A stretch of DNA of 61,860 nucleotides, counting the filler, from Nemertoderma westbladi (lineage: Eukaryota > Animalia > Xenacoelomorpha), in NCBI GenBank assembly GCA_032718475.1. It is 4 parts of 4 records of this genome, joined end to end, with 100 filler letters (N's around TTAATTAATTAA, not from the genome) between each part and the next. Parts side by side here need not be neighbours in the genome. Positions count along the whole stretch, not along the records: positions 36,835 to 56,822 come from JAUCBJ010003913.1; positions 56,923 to 61,860 come from JAUCBJ010002338.1; 2 more parts are not named here. One strand, written 5' to 3'. Below, piece after piece: positions 43,288 to 57,386 of this stretch; the first letter of the stretch is position 1; the number at the start of each line of letters is the position of its first letter. The notes under the pieces are model-generated. The model was given only the letters and a program-made list of their open reading frames with translations, was not told the origin of the DNA and did no database searches. The translations under genes were made by a program, and so were the position numbers.

Positions 43288-46200
43288 AGTGCTGAGTGCT
43301 GAGACGTGTGTGTGCGGAATTAATGTGATACTAGATACCACTGAGTGATGAGACGTGTGTGTGCTGAAGTAATATGATACTAGACGCCGCTGAGTGCTGA
43401 GACGTATGTGTGTGGATGTAATAGGATACTAGTCGCCGCTGAGTGATGAGACGTGTGTGTGTGCAAGTAATATGATACTAGACGCCGCTGAGTGCTGAGA
43501 CATGTGTGTGCGGAAGTAATATGATACTAGACGCCGCTGAGTGCTGAGACATGTGTGTGCGGAAGTAATATGATACTAGACGCCGCTGAGTGCTGAGACG
43601 TATATGTGAGGATGTAATAGGATACTAGATGCCGCTGAGTGATGAGACGTGTGTGTGTGTAAGTAATATGATACTAGACGCCGCTGAGTGATGAGACGTG
43701 TGTGTGCGGAAGTAATATGATACTAGACGCCGCTGAGTGATGAGACGTATATGTGAGGATGTAATAGGATACTAGATGCCACTGAGTGATGAGACATGTG
43801 TGTGTGTAAGTAATATGATATTAGACGCCGCTGAGTGCTGAGACATGTGTGTGCGGAAGTAATATAGTAGACGCCGCTGAGTGATGAGACGTGTGTGTGC
43901 GGAAGTAATATGATACTAGACGCCGCTTAGTGATGAGACGCGTGTGTGTGTGTAAGTAATATGATACTAGACGCCGCTGAGTGCTGAGACGTATGTGTGC
44001 GGATGTAATAGGATACTAGATGCCGCTGAGTGATGAGACGTGTAGGTGTGTGGAAGTAATATGATACTAGACGCCGCTGAGTGCTGAGACGTATGTGTGC
44101 GGATGTAATAGGATACTAGACGCCGCTGAGTGATGAGACGTGTGTGTGTGTAAGTAATATGATACTAGACGCTGCTGAGTGTTGAGATGTATGTGTGCGG
44201 ATGTAATAGGATACTAGATGCCGCTGAGTGCTGAGACGTATGTGTGCGGATGTAATAGGATACTAGACGCCGCTGAGTGATGAGACGTGTGTGTGTGTAA
44301 GTAATATGATACTAGACGCTGCTGAGTGCTGAGACGTATGTGTGCGGATGTAATAGGATACTAGATGCCGCTGAGTGCTGAGACGTATGTGTGTGTAAGT
44401 AATATGATACTAGACGCCGCTGAGTGCTGAGACGTATGTGTGCGGATGTAATATGATACTAGACGCCTCTGAGTGCTGAGACGTATGTGTGCGGATGTAA
44501 TAGGATACTAGATGCCGCTGAGTGCTGAGACGTATGTGTGCGGATGTAATAGGATACTAGACGCCGCTGAGTGATGAGACGTGTGTGTGCGGAAGTAATA
44601 TGATACTAGACGCCACTGAGTGCTGAGACGTATGTGTGCGGATGTAATATGATACTAGATGCCGCTGAGTGCTGAGACGTATGTGTGCGGATGTAATAGG
44701 ATACTAGACGCCGCTGAGTGATGAGACGTGTGTGTGCGGATGTAATAGGATACTAGATGCCGCTGAGTGATGAGACGTGAGTGTGTGTAAGTAATATGAT
44801 ACTAGACGCCGCTGAGTGATGAGACGTGTGTGTGCGGAAGTAATATGATGCTAGATGCTGCTGAGTGCTGAGACGTATGTGTGCGGATGTAATAGGATAC
44901 TAGACGCCGCTGAGTGCTGAGACGTATGTGTGCGGATGTAATAGGATACTAGACGCCGCTGAGTGCTGAGACGTATGTGTGCGGATGTAATAGGATACTA
45001 GATGCCGCTGAGTGATGAGACGTGTAGGTGTGTGGAAGTAATATGATACTAGACGCCGCTGAGTGCTGAGATGTATGTGTGCGGAAGTAATATGATACGA
45101 GATGCCGCTGAGTGCTGAGACGTATGTGTGTGTAAGTAATATGATACTAGACGCCGCTGAGTGCTGAGACGTGTGTGTGCGGAAGTAATATGATACGAGA
45201 TGCCGCTGAGTGCTGAGACGTATGTGTGTGTAAGTAATATGATACTAGACGCCGCTGAGTGCTGAGACATATGTGTGTGTAAGTAATATGATACTAGACG
45301 CCGCTGAGTGCTGAGACGTATGTGTGCGGATGTAATAGGATACTAGATGCCGCTGAGTGTTGAGACATGTGTGTGCGGATGTAATAGGATACTAGACGCC
45401 GCTGAGTGATGAGACATGTGTGTGTGTAAGTAATAGGATACTAGACGCCGCTGAGTGCTGAGACATGTGTGTGCGGAAGTAATATGATACTAGATGCCGC
45501 TGAGTGCTGAGACATGTGTGTGGATGTAATAGGATACTAGACGCCGCTGAGTGCTGAGACATGTGTGTGCGGAAGTAATAGGATACTAGACGCCGCTGAG
45601 TGCTGAGACATGTGTGTGCGGAAGTAATATGATACTAGACGCCGCTGAGTGCTGAGACATGTATGTGGATGTAATAGGATACTAGACGCCGCTGAGTGAT
45701 GAGACATGTGTGTGCGGAAGTAATATGATACTAGACGCCGCTGAGTGCTGAGACATGTGTGTGCGGAAGTAATATGATACTAGACGCCGCTGAGTGCTGA
45801 GACATGTGTGTGGATGTAATAGGATACTAGACGCCGCTGAGTGATGAGACGTTTGTGTGAGGATGTAATATGATACTAGACGCCGCTGAGTGCTGAGACA
45901 TATGTGTGCGGATATAATATGATACTAGATGCCGCTGAGTGTTGAGACATGTGTGTGCAAGTAATATGATACTAGACGCCGCTGAGTGATGAGACGTGTG
46001 TGTGCGGAAGTAATATGATACTAGACGCCGCTGAGTGTTGAGACGTGTGTGTGCGGAAGTAATATGATACTAGACGCCGCTGAGTGATGAGACATGTGTG
46101 TGGATGTAATAGGATACTAGACGCCGCTGAGTGATGAGACGTGTGTGTGTGTAAGTAATATGATACTAGACGCCGCTGAGTGATGAGACATGTGTGTGGA

Positions 46201-49127
46201 TGTAATAGGATACTAGACGCCGCTGAGTGTTGAGATGTGTGTGTGCGGATGTAATATGATACTAGACGCCGCTGAGTGCTGAGACGTATGTGTGCGGATG
46301 TAATATGATACTAGATGCCGCTGAGTGTTGAGACATGTGTGTGCAAGTAATATGATACTAGACGCCACTGAGTGATGAGACGTGTGTGTGTGTGGAGGTA
46401 ATATGATACAAGACACCGCTGAGTGTTGAGACATGTGTGTGCAAGTAATATGATACTAGACGCCGCTGAGTGATGAGACGTTTGTGTGTGTAAGTAATAT
46501 GATACTAGACGCCGCTGAGTGTTGAGACGTGTGTGTGCGGAAGTAATATGATACTAGACGCCGCTGAGTGATGAGACATGTGTGTGGATGTAATAGGATA
46601 CTAGACGCCGCTGAGTGATGAGACGTGTGTGTGTGTAAGTAATATGATACTAGACGCCGCTGAGTGATGAGACATGTGTGTGCGGAAGTAATATGATACT
46701 AGACGCCGCTGAGTGATGAGACATGTGTGTGGATGTAATAGGATACTAGACGCCGCTGAGTGATGAGACGTGTGTGTGTGTAAGTAATATGATACTAGAC
46801 GCCGCTGAGTGATGAGACATGTGTGTGCGGAAGTAATATGATACTAGACACCGCTGAGTGTTGAGACATGTGTGTGCGGAGGTAATATGATACTAGACGC
46901 CGCTGAGTGATGAGACGTGTGTGTGTGTAAGTAATATGATACTAGACGCCGCTGAGTGATGAGACGTGTGTGTGCGGAAGTAATATGATACTAGACGCCG
47001 CTGAGTGATGAGACGTATATGTGAGGATGTAATAGGATACTAGATGCCACTGAGTGATGAGACATGTGTGTGTGTAAGTAATATGATATTAGACGCCGCT
47101 GAGTGCTGAGACATGTGTGTGCGGAAGTAATATGATAGTAGACGCCGCTGAGTGATGAGACGTGTGTGTGCGGAAGTAATATGATACTAGACGCCGCTTA
47201 GTGATGAGACGCGTGTGTGTGTGTAAGTAATATGATACTAGACGCCGCTGAGTGCTGAGACGTATGTGTGCGGATGTAATAGGATACTAGATGCCGCTGA
47301 ATGATGAGACGTGTAGGTGTGTGGAAGTAATATGATACTAGACGCCGCTGAGTGCTGAGACGTATGTGTGCGGATGTAATAGGATACTAGACGCCGCTGA
47401 GTGATGAGACGTGTGTGTGTGTAAGTAATATGATACTAGACGCTGCTGAGTGTTGAGATGTATGTGTGCGGATGTAATAGGATACTAGATGCCGCTGAGT
47501 GCTGAGACGTATGTGTGCGGATGTAATAGGATACTAGACGCCGCTGAGTGATGAGACGTGTGTGTGTGTAAGTAATATGATACTAGACGCTGCTGAGTGC
47601 TGAGACGTATGTGTGCGGATGTAATAGGATACTAGATGCCGCTGAGTGCTGAGACGTATGTGTGTGTAAGTAATATGATACTAGACGCCGCTGAGTGCTG
47701 AGACGTATGTGTGCGGATGTAATATGATACTAGACGCCTCTGAGTGCTGAGACGTATGTGTGCGGATGTAATAGGATACTAGATGCCGCTGAGTGCTGAG
47801 ACGTATGTGTGCGGATGTAATAGGATACTAGACGCCGCTGAGTGATGAGACGTGTGTGTGCGGAAGTAATATGATACTAGACGCCACTGAGTGCTGAGAC
47901 GTATGTGTGCGGATGTAATATGATACTAGATGCCGCTGAGTGCTGAGACGTATGTGTGCGGATGTAATAGGATACTAGACGCCGTTGAGTGATGAGACGT
48001 GTGTGTGCGGATGTAATAGGATACTAGATGCCGCTGAGTGATGAGACGTGAGTGTGTGTAAGTAATATGATACTAGACGCCGCTGAGTGATGAGACGTGT
48101 GTGTGCGGAAGTAATATGATGCTAGATGCTGCTGAGTGCTGAGACGTATGTGTGCGGATGTAATAGGATACTAGACGCCGCTGAGTGCTGAGACGTATGT
48201 GTGCGGATGTAATAGGATACTAGACGCCGCTGAGTGCTGAGACGTATGTGTGCGGATGTAATAGGATACTAGATGCCGCTGAGTGATGAGACGTGTAGGT
48301 GTGTGGAAGTAATATGATACTAGACGCCGCTGAGTGCTGAGATGTATGTGTGCGGAAGTAATATGATACGAGATGCCGCTGAGTGCTGAGACGTATGTGT
48401 GTGTAAGTAATATGATACTAGACGCCGCTGAGTGCTGAGACGTGTGTGTGCGGAAGTAATATGATACGAGATGCCGCTGAGTGCTGAGACGTATGTGTGT
48501 GTAAGTAATATGATACTAGACGCCGCTGAGTGCTGAGACATATGTGTGTGTAAGTAATATGATACTAGACGCCGCTGAGTGCTGAGACGTATGTGTGCGG
48601 ATGTAATAGGATACTAGATGCCGCTGAGTGTTGAGACATGTGTGTGCGGATGTAATAGGATACTAGACGCCGCTGAGTGATGAGACATGTGTGTGTGTAA
48701 GTAATAGGATACTAGACGCCGCTGAGTGCTGAGACATGTGTGTGCGGAAGTAATATGATACTAGATGCCGCTGAGTGCTGAGACATGTGTGTGGATGTAA
48801 TAGGATACTAGACGCCGCTGAGTGCTGAGACATGTGTGTGCGGAAGTAATAGGATACTAGACGCCGCTGAGTGCTGAGACATGTGTGTGCGGAAGTAATA
48901 TGATACTAGACGCCGCTGAGTGCTGAGACATGTGTGTGGATGTAATAGGATACTAGACGCCGCTGAGTGATGAGACATGTGTGTGCGGAAGTAATATGAT
49001 ACTAGACGCCGCTGAGTGCTGAGACATGTGTGTGCGGAAGTAATATGATACTAGACGCCGCTGAGTGCTGAGACATGTGTGTGGATGTAATAGGATACTA
49101 GACGCCGCTGAGTGATGAGACGTTTGT

Positions 49128-49910
49128 TATTATTATATTCTTTATTTCATGCAATTGCACATAGTAAAATTATTTAATATATATGATCACAAAATATATA
49201 TATCATACAACATGGTAACTAACTTCTATGAATATATTATTAAAAAGAAAAAAGAAAAAAGAAGAAAAACAATAACTATTTACTCATATTGTTCGCGATT
49301 ATACACATTTAGGTTAGAAATACAGGGTCTTTCATTTCACGTATTCGTGATATCTTAACTACTGCCGTATTTAATGCTTGCAATAGTGTATTATCTATCT
49401 TGTTTATACGATCAAATAGACTGATTACTGATCTATATCTGATATGTATAAATAATGGTATATTCAACATACCGAGCGCTAGTGAAATACTCGATGTCTG
49501 TCCATCAGTAACTCTTGGTAACCCAAATAATCGCCTTGCGCAATTATTATAGGCTACTTTAAGTTTACTGTGGATACGATCTGAGTAATTACGCCTAGCC
49601 CATAAGGCATTACAATAAATCGGCGTACAGAATGCACGGAACAATTGCACTTTTACATTATTTGCACAGCCGCTAAATTTCCTAATAATAAAATTAGCTC
49701 TAGAATATAACTTACAAGTTTGGTTAAGAATATCATAGTCATCATCCATTGTACAATGTAAAATATGGCCTAAATAATTGAATTTATTTACAATTTCAAT
49801 AGCAACACCATACAGAAACACATTAGGGCGCCGAATAACTGACGATCCTTTCGGGAGGAAGTATAAACACTTAGACTTTTTCGTGTTAAATATAATTGAA
49901 GTTTGAAGTA
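49128..49910 (-). mobile_element. 5'-truncated LINE 3' end (RTEX-like) inside the satellite
   Basis: ORF 49309-49821: FNYLGH..DDDYDI..LYSRAN..RKF..VKVQLFRAFC; (TAA)-type tail; 6-bp TSD GTTTGT at 49122-49127 and 49911-49916. Confidence 0.85.
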
Positions 49911-52900
49911 GTTTGTGTGAGGATGTAATATGATACTAGACGCCGCTGAGTGCTGAGACATATGTGTGCGGATATAATATGATACTAGATGCCGCTGAGT
50001 GTTGAGACATGTGTGTGCAAGTAATATGATACTAGACGCCGCTGAGTGATGAGACGTGTGTGTGCGGAAGTAATATGATACTAGACGCCGCTGAGTGTTG
50101 AGACGTGTGTGTGCGGAAGTAATATGATACTAGACGCCGCTGAGTGATGAGACATGTGTGTGGATGTAATAGGATACTAGACGCCGCTGAGTGATGAGAC
50201 GTGTGTGTGTGTAAGTAATATGATACTAGACGCCGCTGAGTGATGAGACATGTGTGTGGATGTAATAGGATACTAGACGCCGCTGAGTGTTGAGATGTGT
50301 GTGTGCGGATGTAATATGATACTAGACGCCGCTGAGTGCTGAGACGTATGTGTGCGGATGTAATATGATACTAGATGCCGCTGAGTGTTGAGACATGTGT
50401 GTGCGGAAGTAATATGATACGAGACGCCGCTGAGTGCTGATACATGTGTGTGTGTGGAAGTAATATGATACTAGAAGCCGCTGAGTGCTGAGACATGTGT
50501 GTGCGGAAGTAATATGATACAAGACGCTGCTGAGTGCTGAGACATGTGTGTGTGGAAGTAATGTGATACTAGACGCCGCTGAGTGATGAGACGTGTAGGT
50601 GTGTGGAAGTAATATGATACTAGACGCCACTGAGTGCTGAGACATGTGTGTGCGGAAGTAATATGATACTAGATGCCGCTGAGTGCTGAGACATGTGTGT
50701 GCGGAAGTAATATGATACTAGACGCCGCTGAGTGCTGAGACATGTGTGTGCGGAAGTAATATGATACTAGACGCCGCTGAGTGCTGAGACATGTGTGTGC
50801 GAAGTAATATGATACTAGACGCCGCTGAGTGATGAGACGTGTGTGTGCGGAAGTAATATGATACTAGACGCCGCTGGGTGCTGAGACATGTGTGTGTGTG
50901 GAAGTAATATGATACTAGACGCCGCTGAGTGTTGAGACCTTTGTGTGCGGAAGTAATGTGATACTAGACACCGCTGAGTGCTGAGACATGTGTCTGCGGA
51001 AGTAATATGATATTAGGCACCGCTGAGTGATGAGACGTGTAGGTGTGTGGAAGTAATATGATACTAGACGCCGCTGTGTGTTGAGACCTGTGTGTGCGGA
51101 AGTAATGTGATACTAGATGCCGCTGAGTGCTGAGACATGTGTGTGCGGAAGTAATATGATACTAGACGCCGCTGAGTGCTGAGACATGTGTGTGCGGAAG
51201 TAATATGATACGAGACGGCGCTGAGTGCTGAGATATGTGTGTGCGGAAGTAATATGATACTAGACGCCGCTGAGTGCTGAGACGTATGTGTGTGGATGTA
51301 ATAGGATACTAGACGCCGCTGAGTGATGAGACATGTGTGTGCGGAAGTAATATGATACTAGACGCCGCTGAGTGCTGAGACATGTGTGTGCGGAAGTAAT
51401 ATGATACGAGACGCCGCTGAGTGATGAGACGTGTGTGTGCGGAAGTAATATGATACTAGACGCCGCTGAGTGCTGAGACGTGTGTGTGCGGAATGTAATG
51501 TGATACTAGACGCCGCTGAGTGATGAGACGTGTGTGTGCGGAAGTAATATGATACTAGACGGCGCTGAGTGATGAGACGTGTGTGTGCGGAAGTAATATG
51601 ATACTAGACGCCGCTGAGTGCTGAGACATTTGTGTGTGGAAGTAATTTGATACGAGACGCCGCAGAGTGATGAGACGTGTGTGTGCGGAAGTAATATGAT
51701 ACTAGACGCCGCTGAGTGCTGAGACATGTGTGTGCGGAAGTAATATGATACTAGACGCCGCTGAGTGCTGAGACATTTGTGTGTGGAAGTAATTTGATAC
51801 GAGACGCCGCTGAGTGATGAGACGTGTGTGTGCGGAAGTAATATGATACTAGACGGCGCTGAGTGATGAGACATGTGTGTGCGGAAGTAATATGATACTA
51901 GACGCCGCTGAGTGCTGAGACATTTGTGTGTGGAAGTAATTTGATACGAGACGCCGCAGAGTGATGAGACGTGTGTGTGCGGAAGTAATATGATACTAGA
52001 CGGCGCTGAGTGATGAGACATGTGTGTGCGGAAGTAATATGATACTAGACGCCGCTGAGTGCTGAGACATTTGTGTGTGGAAGTAATTTGATACGAGACG
52101 CCGCAGAGTGATGAGACGTGTGTGTGCGGAATTAATGTGATACTAGACGCCACTGAGTGATGAGACGTGTGTGTGCGGAAGTAATATGATACGAATTGTT
52201 GAGTTTATTTACCGAATAATTATTATACACAGTAGATATCAATGTGATTCAACCATGGGTTTTTTGTTGTCGGGTAAAACCGTATAATGCACTAGTTTCC
52301 ATATTAATTAATTAAACCAGACTTAATTTATCCACTTTCAACCAGAAAAATTTTTACTCTGAAAGTTATTTTACTGCACTCGTTTTTTAAGCATTCGTTT
52401 GCCCTAGCTATCGTTAGGAAAACGAAGTCACTCGTTTCGTAACGATATAAAGTTATACAATATTGTGAACAACGCCGTATAGTTAATGTTTGCAAGCTGT
52501 ACAGGTTAATTTGGCATGGCATGGCTGTTCCAAATAATTGCTTGCTGAAGCAATCTACAGTTGCCTAAGTATATTATATAGAAGGAAATCTATCAAATTG
52601 TTGATTAGGCCTACATTGTCCGGAATAATAGAAAGTTCGTCAGAAAGGTACAGTAGTTGGAGACAATTTGACGATAAATGAATCGGTGCACAGTGCTTGG
52701 CCGATTTAGGGGTCAACGACCCCGCCTCCCCCCACCCAAGCCAACCTCCATTCGACCCACACTGAATCCACCTCTTAATGTTTCCCGGAAAGCTTTTTGG
52801 GCAGAATGCAGAATATAACAGGTGCAATTGCCTTCTCTAAGGCCTGTGCTCCACTAGTAAGTCGTCATAGTCGTTTTCAGATTTTGTCCTAGTCCGTATG

Positions 52901-54218
52901 TCAAAAGTGCTTTACTGGTGAGTCATAAGTCTTTTGTTAAAAAATATAATCACATTTAATGGAACACCATTTATTAGGGATTTGTGAAATTAATAAACGT
53001 CGTTCTATTCGTTTTATACTGTATCCAACATAAACCTATATTGTCTATAAATGGTTAAATCTGAGGAGAGAAAACCGCCACAAAAGGCGTTATTGGGTTC
53101 ACCCTGTAAATGCCAAGCGAAATACCTGGGGTATTATGGCAAGTTATACACGCAACTAAGTAAGAGGAGGAAAAATTCAAGAATTACACTCCAATGTCAT
53201 TTAAATCTTTCGATGAACTTTACGAAAAAGATAAATGAAAATTAATAGTCCAGGTTAACGGTACAGTTGCAATTTTGCTCGTAATCAATCACCTGTTATC
53301 TGACTAGATTTTTCCCTGCGTGAATGACGTTATAACGATAAAATGAATTGTGCAATTGCATTGCGCATTGCACAATAACCCCCCCCCCCCCCCACCCATG
53401 CCACTGTCAAGTAAGTAGTCTTAGTAGTCTAGTGTTTGATATACATTTATAAACAGTTCATGTTTGGTTTCGATGGTGAAATATAATAAATGTCAAGTTG
53501 TTGTATTTGGGAGGCCACATGTAAAATATTTAACTAAAGTACTATAATATAGTAGGTGACAGACACCAATTTACTTACTGTAACTTCACAACATTTCCGG
53601 CATTCAATCCTTTCTGGACCTAATCCTTAACAGTTGACAAAAAGAATCCAAATTTAATAAAACTTAAAATGTGCAGAGAGATGTGGTTATCAATCTTCAA
53701 TAATAGAAGATGGGTGGCTACTTTATTTTATCCAATCAGTATCAGAAGTCAGAACTCCGTAGTTATCTTTGGAAAAACTATGGGGGTACAAATAATTGTT
53801 GTTAGATGCCTTGCAAAACATTTTAGTTATACATGCCTATTACTATGGCAAATGTTTGTAGATTTTAATAAAAAAACAGTTAATTCAGTTTAAATATTAT
53901 CTGTGAGGAAGTGATATATTAAAGCTAAAGTTTGTTTTGAATACCTGTTATTTTGTTGCTACGACTATATTTCTCCCAACGAATGTATCCTATAGTGTTT
54001 GAGTTCCAAAGGTTGAGGACATGGCATGGTATGGGAGCCATCTCAGAAATGTCCCATGCAGATGGATAGTTAAATTGAATCACTGAAGCGGAAATTGATA
54101 GAAAATGAAATTTATATATTATCAGAGACTTTGTACAATCGTGGCATGCTTCACTCCCAACCTAAAATCAGATTTACTTTAGTGATATTTATTAAAGCTA
54201 CTAACGACAACTGCCAAC

Positions 54219-55346
54219 ATGGATTCATTAGTAATAACAAATAGATTTATCCTCATCCTGCTTGTTTTGTCAAATTATGGAATCGATAATTCCGAAATGC
54301 CCGTTAAAGATTCTAGTTGTTTTAACCAAGTGAACCGACCACATATCGGTACAGCGACGGTCAATGTTGGCGTGAATATATTCGTTAATCGCATTGCCGA
54401 TATTAACTTCAACAGAATGACCTATAGGATTGATTTCTATCTACACCAGTCTTGGAATGATCCTCGCCTTGAATTAAATGAATCGCGTTTTAATGAACTA
54501 AATCTTATGAATTCTCATCTTCTATCTACTGCCTTGTGGCTGCCAACTCTGTACATTAAAAATAATTTCGTTGAAACTAAGTCGGTCGTAAATCCTGTAA
54601 ATTATGACAATATAATGATCAAACTATCACGTAATGGAGATATAATAATGTCGAATAAGGTTGATACAGAAGTTCGATGTGATTATGATTTAAGGTATTA
54701 TCCCTTCGACACCCAAGAATGTGAATTGATACTAGAAAGCTATTCTTACCCCGAGACGAATGTTGAGTTTTCCTTTAAGTCGGACAACAAAGTGAGTAAT
54801 GAAACTACAGATTATCATCAAGAGTACAAACTTTTGGATAATCAGACTTTTATAAATTCCTTTACAAATTACAATTTGTTTGGAAACTATTCGAAGCTTG
54901 AAATTAAGTTTAAATTGAAACGATTGTTTGAAAGTCAATTAGTGACCATAGTTTTGCCGCTACAAGTTATAATTATTCTTTCATATATCACATTTTGGAT
55001 TGATCGCAATTCGATGCCAGCTCGAAGTACATTTGGTATAAATATTACATTGACATTGATGACTCTGGTAGTTAATACTTTTCAAGGAATTCCCAAAACA
55101 TCGTATATTCGTTCCATAGATGTCTTGTTTACAATTTGTATGTTTTTTGTGGTGACATCTTTAGTTGAGTTTGCTGTGGTCATTAATTTGGAGAAAAATT
55201 ACAATAAAAATACTAAAAACATTAAAGGTTTCACCCGGGTTATGGCCAGGAATCCTGCTGTGTTTGTTGAGAAAGTCTCGCGAATTATTTATCCTATTTG
55301 TTATATCGTAAGCATGATAATGTATACTTTCATTTACGTTGTATAA
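54219..55346 (+). CDS. Cys-loop ligand-gated ion channel subunit, anion-selective (GABA/glycine/GluCl-like), single coding exon
   Basis: Signal-peptide-like N-terminus, WNDPRL, Cys-loop CDYDLRYYPFDTQEC, ESYSY, FWID..PAR motif before M2, four TM segments, SRIIYP in M4. Confidence 0.92.
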   Translation: MDSLVITNRFILILLVLSNYGIDNSEMPVKDSSCFNQVNRPHIGTATVNVGVNIFVNRIADINFNRMTYRIDFYLHQSWNDPRLELNESRFNELNLMNSHLLSTALWLPTLYIKNNFVETKSVVNPVNYDNIMIKLSRNGDIIMSNKVDTEVRCDYDLRYYPFDTQECELILESYSYPETNVEFSFKSDNKVSNETTDYHQEYKLLDNQTFINSFTNYNLFGNYSKLEIKFKLKRLFESQLVTIVLPLQVIIILSYITFWIDRNSMPARSTFGINITLTLMTLVVNTFQGIPKTSYIRSIDVLFTICMFFVVTSLVEFAVVINLEKNYNKNTKNIKGFTRVMARNPAVFVEKVSRIIYPICYIVSMIMYTFIYVV

Positions 55347-55371
55347 ATAAATAACATGATTTTCTGAGACG

Positions 55372-55481
55372 GAGGGGGGGGGGGGGGAGGGTAGGGGAGA
55401 TGGGTGGGGGAGATGGGTGGGGGGGGGGGGGGGAGATGGGTGGGGGAAATGGGTGGGGGGGGGGGGGGGGGGGGGTGGAGG
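55372..55481. repeat. G-rich low-complexity tract
   Basis: Poly-G runs with GGAGATGGGTGG repeats. Confidence 0.85.
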
Positions 55482-56822
55482 TAACAGAACGAAAATCCCA
55501 TCCCTGCGAATTAATATCTCGCCTCAATGTTAAATTATCAATTTAGGGAAAGGACCAGAATTTTGACGAGAAGAATATTGAAACCAAAACAACAAACAAT
55601 GAATAGAACAGGTTACAGTTTTATTTTTGAGAGTAAACAGCTGTTATTTGCGTCGATTTTCTCTTGGAGAGGGATGAATTTTGTTTGTGTCAAAGTCCCT
55701 CTCTATTCTAACATAAGTATTTTCATTATATACAAGGAAAGAAAAGGTTAAAATGGCAGATTAAATGTGTAATTTCTTGTGTAATTGTTAGTTTCATAAA
55801 TTCGGCTCCATGAGTCTTGAATGAATACAGTTTTCAGATAAACAGGTTCGTGGGACCGTCGCGCAGCACGAGGCTTAGTTATGAGATACAGATTAATATT
55901 GAGCGATTCTACTGTATCACAAACTCGGTATTTAAGAAATTTAACCAAACACCAGTAAGTCAAAGAGATGGGAATAAATCCCCCCCCCCCCCCCCCCCCC
56001 TTCAACCTCTCTCTTAATCTGCACCACCCCAACCCAGGCGCACAGGATTGATGAAAGGCAGAGGTATTAACATAAAATTTGTGTTTTAAAAGTAATATGT
56101 TATATTTATTTTTAATATAACACAAAATAGAACTGGAAACGATTCACAAATATACAAGCATCACAAATTTATAACAAAAAAAATTGAAGTTCGCGTATGA
56201 TTAAATATATTTAACCAACAAAGAAATCAATAAACTCATGTTATTGGTAACATGTTAATCTCATGAAGTAATACAATAAATATTTTAGGCGTGGAGGCGA
56301 TCCAATTTGTAAGTAATATTAAAACTCACCTTATGCCGATAGTATTGATACTGAAATATTAATTTATCATGTGAACACCTCAACAAAATTACTTAACTAA
56401 TTATTCTAAATAATCACGATTAAATACTCAGCCAATCATTTTGTAAGGTAAACACAATATGCAAGGTAAAGCTCTCTTTTTGTCTGGCTCATTATATTGC
56501 TGCCTAATTAGTATGGGTGAGCTGGTGGTTGGACTGTATCCCAGTTAGGCTAGTCAATAGGAAGAATGCCTTGGAATAAGGGAGCTAGTGTAGAGTAATG
56601 GCTGACGGGGTGTTTTAATAATTTATTTACGTTTAGATCAATTAAAAATACATTTCTTAAAGCAAATCACTTGAACTAATTAAGAACTATAATGGAATGG
56701 GGCATGTGGATTACAGCTGTATAATTTTTAAGTATAATTATTTATATCTTATACTAGAAAATAATTAATTTCCATTAAGAGTTATGTTGAAAATGGTGTT
56801 TTTACCATCTAACCAACTTAAT

Positions 56823-56922
56823 NNNNNNNNNNNNNNNNNNNNNNNNNNNNNNNNNNNNNNNNNNNNTTAATTAATTAANNNNNNNNNNNNNNNNNNNNNN
56901 NNNNNNNNNNNNNNNNNNNNNN
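56823..56922. other. Artificial contig linker
   Basis: 44 N + TTAATTAATTAA + 44 N. Confidence 0.97.
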
Positions 56923-57386
56923 ACTTTGGTATAGTGTGTAAGTACATTTAATTATTACTTCGGTATAGTGTGTAAGTGTAAGTACAGTAATATATTACTT
57001 ATTACACTACTGAGGTAAGCAAGCTTATCCTATCGGTACGATGAGTGACTGAGTTATCAGCTTTGAAACATTTACTAACAGACCGACAGACAGACAGACA
57101 ACGGTTGAAACAGCTGTACCCGATGCTAACTAAGATCCTAAACTTCGTCGCTCCTCAATACTATAAATTTATAAGTTTTTACTTGTAAATACGAAGTCCG
57201 CCGGGCCTCCCCAACTGTGTGGATTATTGTCGCGTTTATTTGTTTTTGTACTTTCCAGTTCCCCCCAACTTGGATGTAAAGATAAAGGCGGTGTTACTGG
57301 GAGCCGTATTTCTGATTGTAAGTAAACCAAAAAAATACACTGTCATAATATACAGTAGTGTCGAATAAAAACATTAGGTTATTGAT

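Larger units (their letters stand above)
40336..52193. repeat. 49-bp satellite array with two LINE insertions
   Basis: Unit GTAATATGATACTAGACGCCGCTGAGTGCTGAGACATGTGTGTGCGGAA, with length variation in the (GT)n segment. Confidence 0.98.

Noticed and set aside
40336-52193. Satellite as a CRISPR array or as a hammerhead-bearing satellite (GTGATGA...GGAA-GTA-atatga-TAC-TA layout)
   Set aside because: No unique spacers and no cas genes. For a hammerhead, essential C3 and A13 are replaced by G and no stem I forms.
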